A stretch of 61,089 bases of DNA, the filler included. It is 6 parts of 6 records of this genome, joined end to end, with 100 filler letters (N's around TTAATTAATTAA, not from the genome) between each part and the next. Parts side by side here need not be neighbours in the genome. Positions count along the whole stretch, not along the records: positions 1 to 12,904 come from SRR31147125_43144; 5 more parts are not named here. One strand, given 5' to 3'. The position numbers were made by a program, and so were the translations under genes. Below, in pieces: positions 1-9,559 of this stretch. Each line of letters begins with the position of its first letter. Within the stretch, counting starts at the first letter, position 1. The notes beneath the pieces were generated by a model. The model worked only from the letters and a program-made list of their open reading frames with translations, was not told the DNA's origin and ran no database searches.

Positions 1-528
1 CCCCACATACGATGCCGGATGTGATACGGCCCAGATGTTCAGCCCTTGTGCCTGCTCAGGTAAATCCGGCCAGAAAAGGGTCTGGATTTTTGCTGCGGTA
101 ACCAGTTGGTTCTGCAGCTGAGTCGACTGCTGAGTAACAGTGTCGTGCAGATCTTTGATTCTCAGCATCGAGTTCACACGGGCGATCAGTGATCCGTGGT
201 CGACCGGTTTGGCCAGATATTCATCCGCCCCCGCATTCAGGCCGGCGACAACGTCTTCCGTATCGGTTTTCGCCGTTACCATGATGATCGGGATAAAGCC
301 GATCTCCGCATTATTCTTGATTCGCCGGCAGACCTCAAGCCCATCCATCTCCGGCATCATCACATCAAGCAGGATCAAGTCCGGGAGATGCTCCTCTGCC
401 CGGGCCACCCCCCGTACCCCATCTATTGCGGTCACGACGTCATAGCCATTTGCCTCCAGGCGTACCTGCATGATCTCGAGGCTTGCCGGATTATCCTCTA
501 CAACCAGGATCAGGGGCTTCTCTCTCAC
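1..528 (-). CDS. Response regulator (REC) fused to start of SpoIIE/PP2C phosphatase domain (RsbU-like), 3'-truncated by window edge
   Basis: Not in ORF track. Manual translation from GTG at 528 (GGAG RBS upstream): MREKPLILVVEDNPASLEIMQVRLEANGY...PDLILLDVMMPEMDGLEVCRRIK...IPIIMVTAK...GLNAGADEYLAKPVD...QLVTAAKIQTLFWPDLP...WAVSHPASYVG. The A..IQ....P...P...VG(GD) pattern marks the entry to the SpoIIE domain. Confidence 0.85.
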   Translation of the reverse strand, partial: MREKPLILVVEDNPASLEIMQVRLEANGYDVVTAIDGVRGVARAEEHLPDLILLDVMMPEMDGLEVCRRIKNNAEIGFIPIIMVTAKTDTEDVVAGLNAGADEYLAKPVDHGSLIARVNSMLRIKDLHDTVTQQSTQLQNQLVTAAKIQTLFWPDLPEQAQGLNIWAVSHPASYVG

Positions 529-542
529 AGAATAATCTCCGT

Positions 543-911
543 TTATCTCTGCAGTATCAGATCTACCTTGGCGAGCAGCTGCCGGGGGGAATACGGCTTG
601 GCAATATAGTCGTCACAACCCGCCGAGAATGCTTTCTGATCGTCTCCGCTCAGGGCGTAGGAGGTCACCGCGACAATCGGAATATCACGCAATTCGTCGA
701 TAGCCTTGATCCTTCTTGTAGCCTCATACCCGTCGATTCCCGGCAGCTGGATATCCATGAGGATCAGATCCGGGTGATGCTCTCTGGCGGCGTTCACCCC
801 AGCCAGCCCGTCGTTCACCTCGATTATCTCGTACCCTCTGCTCGACAGCAGGTCCCTGAGAATACGCCTGTTGTCTTCCTGGTCCTCAACGACAAGAATC
901 TTTTTACCCAT
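543..911 (-). CDS. Single-domain response regulator (DivK/CheY-like)
   Basis: KILVVEDQEDN, PDLILMDIQLPGIDG, VAVTS, YIAKPYS receiver motifs; 122 aa. Confidence 0.95.
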   Translation of the reverse strand: MGKKILVVEDQEDNRRILRDLLSSRGYEIIEVNDGLAGVNAAREHHPDLILMDIQLPGIDGYEATRRIKAIDELRDIPIVAVTSYALSGDDQKAFSAGCDDYIAKPYSPRQLLAKVDLILQR

Positions 912-2921
912 TCAGCCCCCACTTGCTGCACAACCGTTACCGGTATGGAGAAAGCGAACTCCGAGCCCACCCCCACCTCAGAGGAGACCCGGATGCTGCC
1001 GCCATGCAGCTCGATAATGCGTTTACTGATGGCCAATCCCAGCCCCGTTCCCCCCTTTGTTTTGGTACTCGACCCGTCAATCTGCCGGAACTCCTTGAAA
1101 ATGAGTGCACGGTCATCTTCGGCAATACCGGGCCCCGTATCGGTCACCGCTACCTCGAAAGACGTATCGTTTACAACTGCAGACACGACCACCCCTCCCG
1201 TATCGGTAAATTTTATCGCGTTGCCGAGGAGATTGAGAATGACCTGTGCGAGACGCTGGTCGTCTCCTCTGCCCAGCGGCAGGTTGTCCGCCAGCTCGGC
1301 CTGCAGAGTCAGTCGTTTCTCCGATGCCAGGGACTCAACGGAAGTGATGGCCGTCTGGATCAGCTCGATCATCGAATAGTCATTGAGGGAGAGACTCAGT
1401 CTCCCCGCCTCTATTTTGGAGAGATCCAGGACATCGTTTATCAAATTCAGCAGGTGCCGCCCGTTTTTTTCCAACCGGATCATAATTTCAGCGATGCGCT
1501 CCGGGACGTCTCCATATATCCCATCCTGGATCAGTTCCGTGTATCCGAGAATGGCATTGAGCGGTGTTCTCAGCTCATGACTCATGTTTGCCAGAAATTC
1601 ACTCTTATGCCTGTCAGCCCTGGCCAGCTCTATCCCCTGCTCTTCAATTTCCCGGAACAGTTCCGCATTTCGTATCGCAAGAAGCGACTGGGCACCAAAG
1701 GTCTGGAGAATGTTGATCACATTACCGGTGAATTCGCCCGATTGCCTGCGCTGCAGGACCAGACCGCCAGCGATTTCTCCATCGCTGAGCAGCGGGACAG
1801 CGAGCAGTGAGCGATACCCCTCTTCGACGACACAACTCAATGGATAGCCGGGAACGGCGGTCAGGTCCGCTATTTCGACCGGACTGCATGTCACGGAGGC
1901 TTGTCCGAGGGCGCTGTTATCCCCTTTCTTCAGTCTCGCCTCTGCCAGGTGTCGTGCCAGTGAATCACTGATGCCGTAAGACGTATGCAGCACAAAAAAA
2001 CCGGATTCTTCGTCAAAGGTGAAGACACTCCCCATCAGCCTCTGACAATGAAACGGCATGGCGTACAATACTGTTTAAAACCTTTTCGAGATCAAGAGAC
2101 GATCCGACAATCTGGCTGACTTCCCCCAGAGCCCGCAATTCTTCAACTGACTGGCCGAGTTCCCGGGTCCTGTCCTCGACTTTCTGTTCAAGCGTTCTGC
2201 TGTATTCTTCGATCTGTTCCCGTGAATCGTTCACTTCGTTGAACAAATCGTGGATCGATGTCCTCATTTGATCGAGATTGAATGCCAGCCGGCCGATCTC
2301 GTCGTTACTCGCCACATCGATCGGGGTTTCCAGGTTACCCTTTGCAATCGATGATGCCGCCCCCTGAAGACTCGACAAGGGCCCACTGATATATTTCCTC
2401 GTAACCAGAAATGAAGTAGCTGAAACAACAAGAATGACGATTGTAATGAGCGAAAACGTACGAACCAGATTTAATACAAATTCGTGTCGGGCACGCTCCC
2501 GGGACATGACGATCCTGATCGTCCCGACCTTGTTTCCCTCGAAGAGGATATCCCGCTTCCGGTCGAGAAAGTCTGTCGACTCTGCGAGAAACGGGAAATC
2601 AGACGAACCGATTCGTTCATCTGTTTTTTTCGAAATCAGCTGCTCCCCCAGGACAACCTCTGCATACACAATCTGATTGTCGAGAAACAGGGCGTCAATA
2701 AAATCATCGACCACATCATTGTCAAAATTCCATAACGGGGTTGGCAGACTGACGGTCGATAACTCCAGCGCGTTTTCCAGTCGCTTATCCAACTCCTCGT
2801 TTATCGAAGAGCTGTCTAATACGAGTGCGAATACCGCAAAGACGAGCAGCACCAGTGTTACCGCACCGATCAGCGCGCTGCTGAAGCGTCTGCTGACGCT
2901 TGTGAACCTCTCAGCAGGCAT
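824..2921 (-). CDS. Sensor histidine kinase (TM-periplasmic-TM-HAMP-GAF-HisKA-HATPase), split by apparent homopolymer indel
   Basis: ORF 2013-2921 has two TM segments, HAMP (DEIGRLAFNLDQM) and the start of GAF. ORF 824-2068 has GAF, H-box (FLANMSHELRTPLNAILG), N-box (NLLGNAIKF) and G boxes (DTGPGI, GGTGLGL). The frames meet at a G/C run near 2030. The run-on into the downstream regulator (to 824) is probably a second indel near 915-920. Confidence 0.9.
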
Positions 2922-2927
2922 GCGCTG

Positions 2928-3926
2928 TTAATCCACAATCAGCACATGTTCATTGTCGATCATACGCACATCAACCCCCAACAGGTCTGCGGTCGTTTGA
3001 TTTACCACCATGGTTGCGCCTTGTATCCGTTCCACCGGGATCGTCCCGAGTTCATCTCCCCGCTGATGCTGGTCGAGTATATCAGCAACTGCCGAGCCGA
3101 GCCGGTAATAGTCTGCAACAATGCCGATGAGGACACCATTTTCAACCTGGTCGCGAACAGACCCGATACTCTTTATCCCAGCTTTTCGGAGCTGGGTTCC
3201 GATAAACGTCGACTCGGATGACAGATAACTATCGGGTGCCAGCAAGACAGCATCCACCAGATCCGGAGCAGCGGCAATTTTTTGCAGATTCTCTGTCAGC
3301 GCGCTTCGTTCAGGGGGTGTTCGAAATTCAACGACACTGACACCTTTTTCCAAAGCAGCCGCACGGAGCTCTTTTCTGAAGATCATTGAGTTTTTCTCAC
3401 GGGGGTTAAAAAACAACCCCAGTTTTTCAATAGTTAAAAGCTGCTCGATGAAGCTGAGCTGGTGGGAAACCGGTATATAATCACTTGCACCACTTATATT
3501 GTCTCCCGGCCGCTCATACGAGTCTACAATCCCGGCGGCCACCGGATCCGTGACGACATTGAACAACTGCGGGATTTTTCCGCCGACAACTACTTTGGCC
3601 CTCCTTGATACGGTGGTTCCGAAGGTATAGATATAATCGTATGTCCCGGCACGGCTGTTTATCGAGCGCAGGTGATCACCCAGACGTTTGAGGTTCTGGT
3701 CACTGTCGAAGACATCATATTCGACGCGATAACCAAGTCGAGACAGCCGCTCTCTGAAACCCGTTTCGGCAGCAGTCTCGCCACGCCAGAGGAACATACC
3801 GACCCTCAGGTGTGCTTCAGAGCCATAAACGAAACTGCCGGAGCAGAGAAAAAGAATTGCCAGCCAGGGGATTGGCACCAGATACTTCAGGTTACCTTGA
3901 AAAATTGTGATTACTCGATATCCCAC
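2928..3926 (-). CDS. ABC-type substrate-binding protein (ABC_sub_bind family)
   Basis: N-terminal hydrophobic segment; motifs TFGTTVS, VTDPVAAGIV, GDNISGAS, LGLFFNPREKNS, VNQTTADLLG. Confidence 0.8.
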   Translation of the reverse strand: MGYRVITIFQGNLKYLVPIPWLAILFLCSGSFVYGSEAHLRVGMFLWRGETAAETGFRERLSRLGYRVEYDVFDSDQNLKRLGDHLRSINSRAGTYDYIYTFGTTVSRRAKVVVGGKIPQLFNVVTDPVAAGIVDSYERPGDNISGASDYIPVSHQLSFIEQLLTIEKLGLFFNPREKNSMIFRKELRAAALEKGVSVVEFRTPPERSALTENLQKIAAAPDLVDAVLLAPDSYLSSESTFIGTQLRKAGIKSIGSVRDQVENGVLIGIVADYYRLGSAVADILDQHQRGDELGTIPVERIQGATMVVNQTTADLLGVDVRMIDNEHVLIVD

Positions 3927-4639
3927 TTTCTTTTGATTTCCGCCACGGTTCCATCCGCAATCATTTCATCAAAAGCTCGCTGCCATTGAGCAACGATATG
4001 ATCCGGCGTACGTTTTGAAAATGCAATTTTCAACTCACTCCGTTTCAAATGAGCGACTTCAACGAACAATCCGGGATCGACACCGGCAAGTGTGCATACG
4101 GTTTTGTACCCGGGTATTTTGTATGCCCACAAATCAATGCGGTCAAGCGCCAGTTTCCGGGCATTTTTCTGTTCGTCAGATACCGGCTCCAGGTTGGTAA
4201 ACCCCATTTTTTCGAGAAACTTACCACGAACATCGTCTCTCAGTGTACCAATCCGTTCAACCTGTTTCGCATCTTCAAGGCCGGAAATCTCCATTGCCGA
4301 GTCTTTTCGGGCGAGCAGGATATCCCGCTTCGTTGCCAGTGGTCCGACCCACTTGAACAAAGTCTTTCGCTCTTCAGTGTAGGTTGTACCGAACAGGATG
4401 ACGTTTGGTTCTTCAAGAGCCATCTTATATGCTCTCGCCCACGGGTAAACCTGGATCGGGTCGGTTGATCCAATTCGTTTCTGAATCCCCTGCACAATCT
4501 CGACGGAAGACCCGACAAGTATACCATTTTCAACATAGTTGAGAGGCGGCAGATTCTCCGTCAGGATTTTCAGTTTGTCGGCTAAAACCGGGGCAGGAAT
4601 CAGGAATATCAGCAGTGCAGACAGCAGTAGTCTCTTCAT
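3911..4639 (-). CDS. Periplasmic substrate-binding protein, family 3 (amino-acid type)
   Basis: Signal peptide; TENLPPLNY, YPWARA, RKTLFKWVGPL, IAFSK, ADGTVAEIKRKW. Confidence 0.85.
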   Translation of the reverse strand: MKRLLLSALLIFLIPAPVLADKLKILTENLPPLNYVENGILVGSSVEIVQGIQKRIGSTDPIQVYPWARAYKMALEEPNVILFGTTYTEERKTLFKWVGPLATKRDILLARKDSAMEISGLEDAKQVERIGTLRDDVRGKFLEKMGFTNLEPVSDEQKNARKLALDRIDLWAYKIPGYKTVCTLAGVDPGLFVEVAHLKRSELKIAFSKRTPDHIVAQWQRAFDEMIADGTVAEIKRKWDIE

Positions 4640-4876
4640 GGCTTCCCCCGCAAGATCAAGAAGTGCATCTGTGGGTGCATCTGTGCCGCTCCGCTGCCGA
4701 GCAAAGACCCCGAGTATATAGACCGGAATGCCGATGCCGCCGAAGCGGTCAGATATGGCTGAAGTGCAAAGAAAAGCCTAACAACATACAGGGCATAAGT
4801 CAACCACCTCCGACCAATTCGGAGAAAGCCCGGTTATGGTGCCGGAGGTCAATTTACAGGGCGAGTGATACGCACG

Positions 4877-5821
4877 TTAGACAAGCGGCTTCCCGTATTG
4901 CCTGACCTGGCTTTTCATCCGTTTCAGTTCGATGTCGCCCGGCACGACGATGTCGTCCATCGGAGTGAAATTCAGATTCCTCTTCCTGCCGCGGTACCGC
5001 ACCGAGTTCAGGATCAGTTTCATCGTCTCTCGGCGAGCAAGGTGCTTGTCGTCCGATTTGATAATCCACCACGGACAATCCGGGGTATGGGTCTTCTGCA
5101 GCATCACCATTTTTTTTGCGGTGAATTCATCCCACAGGTCCTGAGCCTGCAGGTCCACCTCTGAAAGCTTCCACTGGCGAAGCGGATCGTTTTTCCGTCG
5201 TTCGAATCGACGTTCCTGCTCATCCTTGGAGACCGAAAAGTAGAGCTTGAGCAAAATGGTCTGTCCGGCATCGAGGATGAAATTATTTTCGTACATCGTG
5301 ACTTTTTTCAGGAAACGTCGATATTGGTCATCGGTACAGAAAGACATGACCGGCTCCACCATCGCCCTGTTGTACCAGGACCGGTCGAACAGCACGATTT
5401 CACCGGCCCGCGGAAACTGCTCGATATAGCGTTTCATGTGCAGTTCGGTCTGCTGCACGGTGTTCGGTTTCCCCAATGCCACAACCCGGTAATGCTTCTC
5501 GTTCATGTAACGGGTCACCCGTCGGATGGTACCGCCCTTGCCTGATGCGTCCCGGCCGTCGAACAGAATGATCATCTTCTTGCCGGTACGCTCGAGGTGC
5601 TCCTGCATCTTGATCAACTCCGCCTGATACGGCTTCAACTCCTCGGCCTTGTAGTACTTGATGAGTGAGGACTTGATGATCTCCCGCTTTTGTTTTTCTT
5701 TTAATATCGAATAGATATGATCATGGTAATAAGTGTCGACATCCGGTTCACTCGGTTGTGAATCAAGGCTTTTCAGGACGGATTCGATTACGCTGCTGCT
5801 GCTTTGATCAGGTTTTTTCAT
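4877..5821 (-). CDS. ppk2: Polyphosphate kinase 2
   Basis: DGRDASGKGG Walker A, LFDRSWYNRAMVE, RRKNDPLRQWKLS, PWWIIKSDDKHLAR. Confidence 0.95.
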   Translation of the reverse strand: MKKPDQSSSSVIESVLKSLDSQPSEPDVDTYYHDHIYSILKEKQKREIIKSSLIKYYKAEELKPYQAELIKMQEHLERTGKKMIILFDGRDASGKGGTIRRVTRYMNEKHYRVVALGKPNTVQQTELHMKRYIEQFPRAGEIVLFDRSWYNRAMVEPVMSFCTDDQYRRFLKKVTMYENNFILDAGQTILLKLYFSVSKDEQERRFERRKNDPLRQWKLSEVDLQAQDLWDEFTAKKMVMLQKTHTPDCPWWIIKSDDKHLARRETMKLILNSVRYRGRKRNLNFTPMDDIVVPGDIELKRMKSQVRQYGKPLV

Positions 5822-5873
5822 CTACTGGTTCCCCAAAAGAAGGAGGTTGTGTGCATTAACTGAGTGCAGGATA

Positions 5874-6077
5874 TTACCCTTCCCGCTGTTGGCTGTCCAG
5901 GATCTCGTTGTCTCCGGGCATATCCCGGGAACATTCTCTCGCCAGAAACCCGACGAAATCGTTTTGAGAGGTCAACTCACCGCTCTTCTCGAGAAACTTA
6001 CGCATCAGCTTCAGTTTCTGCGACTTGTCTGAGACCGACCAGATATTCATTGCACTCTCCTCTATCGTCGTACCCAT
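5874..6077 (-). CDS. Small hypothetical protein
   Basis: ORF with GAGGGA RBS upstream of ATG at 6077, co-oriented with neighbours; no recognisable motif. Confidence 0.4.
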   Translation of the reverse strand: MGTTIEESAMNIWSVSDKSQKLKLMRKFLEKSGELTSQNDFVGFLARECSRDMPGDNEILDSQQREG

Positions 6078-6312
6078 GTGCAATTCCCTCGTCTGTTTCG
6101 ATTATTGTGAATACAGGCGGGTTCTCAACGGCCCTGTCAGAACCATGCCTGCAGTGCGACTGCACCACACCGGAAGAGCAGAAGCTTACCTTCCAGCAGT
6201 TAGGGATCAGTTAGAATAAGATAAGAAATGTTTCAAAGGTGCCTGGCCCTGCAGGCCGAAAAATGCTCCGGACTGCAGGGTTAACACCGGCAGCAGGAAT
6301 GTTCCACCGTTT

Positions 6313-6756
6313 CTACTGGAACATTTCGCCGATCGCACGACCATACTGCTGACACGCCTTGGCACCATCATCCGTCTTGATGACCTCTTCTGTCAGGTTG
6401 AGTGGGCCCAGCGTCGTCATATCCATCTTATAGACATGCTGCATCGTGTCATAAATCATCGGTGCAGATTCACCGCTGTGCGTATGCGAGCCGAACGCCC
6501 CGCCCATCTTACCGGTCAGATTGGCCCGTTCGGCGAGGAAAAGGAACTGTTTCATGTTGTTGGTCATATCCTTGTGGTAGGTGGGACAACCGAACACATA
6601 CCCGTCATAACCGATAATCTCGGCATCACTGTTCACTTTTGAAACCGATGAAAGTTCCACATCACAGCCGGCCATTCGTAGCCCTTCAGCGATATACTGA
6701 GCCATTTTCTCAGTTGTTCCGGTCCTGCTGAAATACGCGATCAATACTTTTTTCAT
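6313..6756 (-). CDS. Flavodoxin (short-chain)
   Basis: YFSRTGTTEKMA FMN-binding loop, GCPTY, GAFGSHTHSG; AAGGAG RBS. Confidence 0.9.
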   Translation of the reverse strand: MKKVLIAYFSRTGTTEKMAQYIAEGLRMAGCDVELSSVSKVNSDAEIIGYDGYVFGCPTYHKDMTNNMKQFLFLAERANLTGKMGGAFGSHTHSGESAPMIYDTMQHVYKMDMTTLGPLNLTEEVIKTDDGAKACQQYGRAIGEMFQ

Positions 6757-6996
6757 GGTATCTCCTTGTACGGTTTATTCCAATTGCCTCACCCGCAGAG
6801 GGGCACGCCTCTCACACCACTTTTGTGTTATAACACGGATAGTTAGCAAAGCAACATAAATCACTCAGAGAGACAGAAAATGGAGACGGTGCCGGTTCTT
6901 CCGGCGCGTTCACAGCCCTCCCTACGTGGTTGCAGAAAAAATCATGAGGTGACAGGGGCCGGAGAAAGAACTCCCGCCCCTGTGGAATCAACCTGT

Positions 6997-8235
6997 TCAG
7001 AAGACATAAAAGCTCAATGTCTCCTTCACCGAGTGAACGACGTCACTCTGGCTGCCTTTGACGAAATAGGTGAGGGTGGCTTCAATCTCCACCTCCTCCG
7101 TGTCGGTGTCAAAATTGATGAGGAACTGTTCTTTCTGTTTTTGCATCGGCTGCAGCGTCAAATCGACGATCTCTTTGATCTGCCACGCTCCGTAGCGCAT
7201 CCTGCCTTCCATGTCGCGGCCGATTTCGAAATACTTTTTCTGGTCTGAGAACATTACCTGTTTTTCCGGGTCCGACTCGTTGAGATTACGCGCGGTCACA
7301 TCCAGGACCACTTTGCCGGACCAGAGTCAGCCATCCGGAACCCGATGACCGGCCCGGTTTTCGATGAAAACCGTCACCACCGCGCTGGGTACCCACTTCT
7401 TCGGATCCTTCACGCCTTCCACTTGCCCGGGCAGGTGCTGATAGGGGTTGATCTGCACATCGAAACCCAACCCTTTCTTCACCATGTCGAGGTCACGACC
7501 GCCGCCGAAGTGGTGCCCCTTGTCCATATGACAATCCTGACAGGTCCGACTCCCGCCACCGGCTATATAGGAGTTCAGGTAGCTGCCTGAAAGGGTATTG
7601 CACTGGATCGTTTCGCCATCTGCAGCGGTGTATATTCCGTGGCACTGCATGCAGAACGCCGCTTTCGTCATATCGACGCTCTCCAGGGTTTCATGGGCGT
7701 CTCCGGCATCTTCGCCGTGGGGCCCATAGATGATCCCCTCCTCTCTCGGGCCGTTGAAACCGGGAGCCACGGTTAGCGCCTTGAGGCTGTGACAGGACAG
7801 GCAGCCGACCTTCAGTCTGGACAACTCCTCAGTGGCCGCATCTCCTGCCGGCTTGCCTTTTTCCCTGGTCGCGGTGACGATCATGTCGGCGATCTCAACC
7901 GCCAGTTTTTCCGAGGCGTAGTTGATGACCGGCGCATGGCAGTCCAAACACTTCAGGAGCTGTGCTCTGGTCACCTCGGTCTCCCATTCCTTTTTCAGAC
8001 CGATCTCGATAAAATTGTGGATGCTGCCCAGTGAAGATACCACCGACCGGGCATGCCAGGACGCCGACCACTGCTCATGGATTTCGTCATGACAATCCAT
8101 GCAGGTCGACTCGTCGAACATCGAAACGAGCTCATCGATGGTGTTCGCCTCCGTGGTCATCGCCTGTAACCCCATGGGCACGAAAAACAGCGCTGCAGCA
8201 ACGACAAGAAGCAGTGATAATCTAATCTTTGCCAT
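6997..8235 (-). CDS. Periplasmic pentaheme cytochrome c selenoprotein (ExtKL-like), in-frame TGA at 7327-7329 read as Sec, 412 aa
   Basis: Signal peptide; five CxxCH motifs (CMDCH, CLDCH, CLSCH, CMQCH, CQDCH). ...ENRAGHRVPDG-TGA-LWSGKVVLDV... continues in the same frame into ORF 6997-7311. The GHxxPDG(U/C) junction matches the ExtKL family as I recall it. Confidence 0.85.
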
Positions 8236-8471
8236 GTCCCCTCCTGATTGGTTGTGATTACCTGTTTCAGTTACGGGTGTGTATTCTCACCTCCTTGCCT
8301 GTAAAGTTTGCTGTTGAGCAGTCAACCGGACACGACACTCCGGCATACTGCATTGTAGGACTATACCTGCATTATTACCGAAGTACCGACAGATGTACAG
8401 AAAAAGAGTGTCAGGCAGAGAGGCGGAGCGTAATAGCGTCGACAAAATACCACTACAGCGCAAAATTTTAC

Positions 8472-9326
8472 TTACAAGGCAGCGACACTGAACGTATCAC
8501 AGGAATCAACGAGTCCCGACTGGAATCCGGCTGTAAACCATTGCACCCGCTGCCGGGAGGTCCCATGGGTAAACGAATCGGGAGTCACATACCCCCGCGC
8601 CTGCTGCTGAAGACGATCATCACCGATCATGCTCGCCGCGTTCAGGGCCTCCTCGATGTCACCGCTTTCAAGAATATGTCTGGTCCGGTCCGCATGATTG
8701 GCCCAGAGGCCCGCAAAACAGTCGGCCTGAAGTTCGAGGCGCACGGACAACTTGTTGTATTCCGCCTCCAAGATCCGACTTCGCATCGAGTGCACCTTTT
8801 CACTGATGCCGAGCAGGTTCTGAACATGATGACCGACCTCGTGGGCCACCACGTACGCCTGAGCGAAATCACCGGGGGCACCCATCCGGGTTTTCAGATC
8901 CTGGTAAAAACTCAGATCAATATAGACTTTGCGATCCGCGGGGCAGTAAAACGGTCCCATCGCCGCCTGGGCAAAGCCGCATGCCGAGTTCACTGCCCCG
9001 TTGAAGAGCACCAGGACCGGCTCCTCGTAGAGACCGCCAGCTCTCTTGAATATCGTACCCCACGTATCCTCGGTATCGGCCAGCACTACGGAAACAAAAT
9101 CGGCCAGTTCATTCTCGGCTTCAGACGGGGTGTGGGTGGATTCCTGAACGGACGTCTCCTGCATAGAGGAGCCGAGCTGGAGGATGAGTGCCGGATCAAT
9201 GCCGAAAAACATACCGACCAGCGCGACCACCAGTATCGCCAGGCCCCCACCCTTCGTCTTTCCGGACATCCGCACGCCCCTCCGGTCGTCAACGTTTCCG
9301 CTCCTTCGTCCGTCTTTCCAACGCAT
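8472..9326 (-). CDS. ypfJ: Neutral zinc metallopeptidase (YpfJ family)
   Basis: MRW..GRRS.NVDDRR start, GPFYCPADRKVYIDLSF, AHEVGHHVQNLLG (HExxH), LELQADCFAG, SFTHGTS.QR. Confidence 0.93.
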   Translation of the reverse strand: MRWKDGRRSGNVDDRRGVRMSGKTKGGGLAILVVALVGMFFGIDPALILQLGSSMQETSVQESTHTPSEAENELADFVSVVLADTEDTWGTIFKRAGGLYEEPVLVLFNGAVNSACGFAQAAMGPFYCPADRKVYIDLSFYQDLKTRMGAPGDFAQAYVVAHEVGHHVQNLLGISEKVHSMRSRILEAEYNKLSVRLELQADCFAGLWANHADRTRHILESGDIEEALNAASMIGDDRLQQQARGYVTPDSFTHGTSRQRVQWFTAGFQSGLVDSCDTFSVAAL

Positions 9327-9559
9327 ACCATTGCTCCCTGATGATAAGAAAACACTCCTCCCAAAACACCATACCCGTGCTCCTCCACTCCATCATTTAG
9401 TAATGACAATAGTCGTACACTTCTCCCCTGTCAAACCGCATCCCACTGATTGAATTCACGGAAACATCCCTCTCCGCACCATTGCACCTCCTCCCAAAAC
9501 ATGTTACTTCTAAACTTCTTTTAACACCCTAGAACTACATCTCTTTTCCGGAGGCCAAC

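Noticed and set aside
140-1847. Several long plus-strand ORFs (140-445, 196-609, 483-1379, 923-1810)
   Set aside because: Antisense to clearly recognisable two-component genes.
8134-8152. GATGGTGTTCGCC resembling a fluoride riboswitch core
   Set aside because: Lies antisense within the cytochrome coding region, lacks the pairing partner and has no suitable downstream gene.
8229-9341. 370-aa plus-strand ORF
   Set aside because: Antisense shadow of ypfJ in GC-rich DNA; no motifs.
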